From an uncultured bacterium (GTDB lineage Bacteria > Patescibacteriota > Saccharimonadia > Saccharimonadales > Saccharimonadaceae), in the NCBI GenBank assembly GCA_903821365.1, contig CAIJKY010000006.1:1-24000 (forward strand): a stretch of 24,000 nt of DNA, written 5' to 3'. This document shows positions 23,702 to 24,000 of the stretch, one piece after another. Numbering within the stretch: position 1 is the first letter of the stretch; each line of letters starts with the position of its first letter. Under the pieces are notes generated by a model. It had not been told where the DNA came from. It searched no databases and saw nothing but the letters and a program-made list of their open reading frames with translations. Position numbers and translations under genes: made by a program.

Positions 23702-24000
23702 ATGGAACGACTTGTAAGCTATGCCCAGAACCGCGAAGACATGATTCTTCACACCCTCCTTCACGCCACTAAAAAAGGATTTTACGTTGATGTTGGCGCA
23801 AATCATGAAGATTTGCATTCAGTGACAAAATTCTTTTATCTTCGTGGATGGCGCGGAATTAATATAGAACCCACAAAACGCCTGTTTGATGAGATTAATG
23901 AGAAGCGTAAACGAGATATCAATCTCAATCTAGCAATTTCTAACAAAACTGGCACGATTGCTTTCCGCGAATATCCCCATCACGATGGCCTATCGACAAT
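23702..24000 (+). CDS. FkbM-family methyltransferase (3'-truncated by the window end)
   Basis: Not in the track because no stop is reached. My translation is MERLVSYAQNREDMILHTLLHATKKGFYVDVGANHEDLHSVTKFFYLRGWRGINIEPTKRLFDEINEKRKRDINLNLAISNKTGTIAFREY..., a typical FkbM-family N-terminus (sQ.gED, GFYVDVGA, GW.GI.IEP). Confidence 0.8.
   Translation, partial: MERLVSYAQNREDMILHTLLHATKKGFYVDVGANHEDLHSVTKFFYLRGWRGINIEPTKRLFDEINEKRKRDINLNLAISNKTGTIAFREYPHHDGLST

Noticed and set aside
1-24000. Alternative genetic code (UGA as Trp or Gly, code 4 or 25) as the explanation for absent TGA stops
   Set aside because: Under the standard code every conserved gene (dnaA, dnaN, recF, virB4, yidC, wzt and others) already has a homologue-consistent full length with no in-frame TGA. 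Nothing here requires UGA to be a sense codon. The window supports avoidance of TGA only, not reassignment.
1-24000. Search for CRISPR arrays, tRNA/rRNA genes, transposase ends or long direct/inverted repeats
   Set aside because: All intergenic gaps are 326 bp or shorter and are accounted for by origin, promoter or terminator features. I saw no periodic repeat-spacer pattern and no cloverleaf-compatible or rRNA-like sequence.

Overview
This window covers the chromosomal replication-origin region of a compact, Gram-positive-style genome. Short YidC, tight gene packing and the type of secretion genes suggest a Patescibacteria/CPR organism, possibly Saccharibacteria-like, but that placement is inference only. 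There are three blocks. (1) 24-11693, + strand: an eight-gene, tightly packed or overlapping operon encoding a Gram-positive (MPF-FATA style) type IV secretion-like apparatus. It contains a VirB6/TrbL-like polytopic protein, a PrgI/VirB3-like protein, a VirB4 ATPase that appears split into two translationally coupled ORFs, a 1010-aa membrane-anchored protein ending in an M15/VanY peptidase, a secreted GH73 glucosaminidase + CHAP hydrolase, and an Ig-like anchored protein. No relaxase, coupling protein or integrase lies in the window. This is my best candidate for the poorly described system. (2) 11697-17982: the conserved origin core, recF-dnaN-dnaA (- strand) diverging from rpmH-rnpA-yidC-jag (+ strand). 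DnaA boxes occur in both dnaA-flanking spacers, and a TAA/TAG trinucleotide array plus an AT-rich tract lies next to dnaN. (3) 18152-24000: an ABC-transporter-dependent glycan locus with two GT4 glycosyltransferases, a Wzm permease, a Wzt ATPase with a C-terminal glycan-binding-type domain, and two FkbM-family methyltransferases (the second truncated by the window end). Across the window, all 20 complete CDS end in TAA (10) or TAG (10) and none in TGA. I found no rRNA, tRNA, CRISPR array or transposase.
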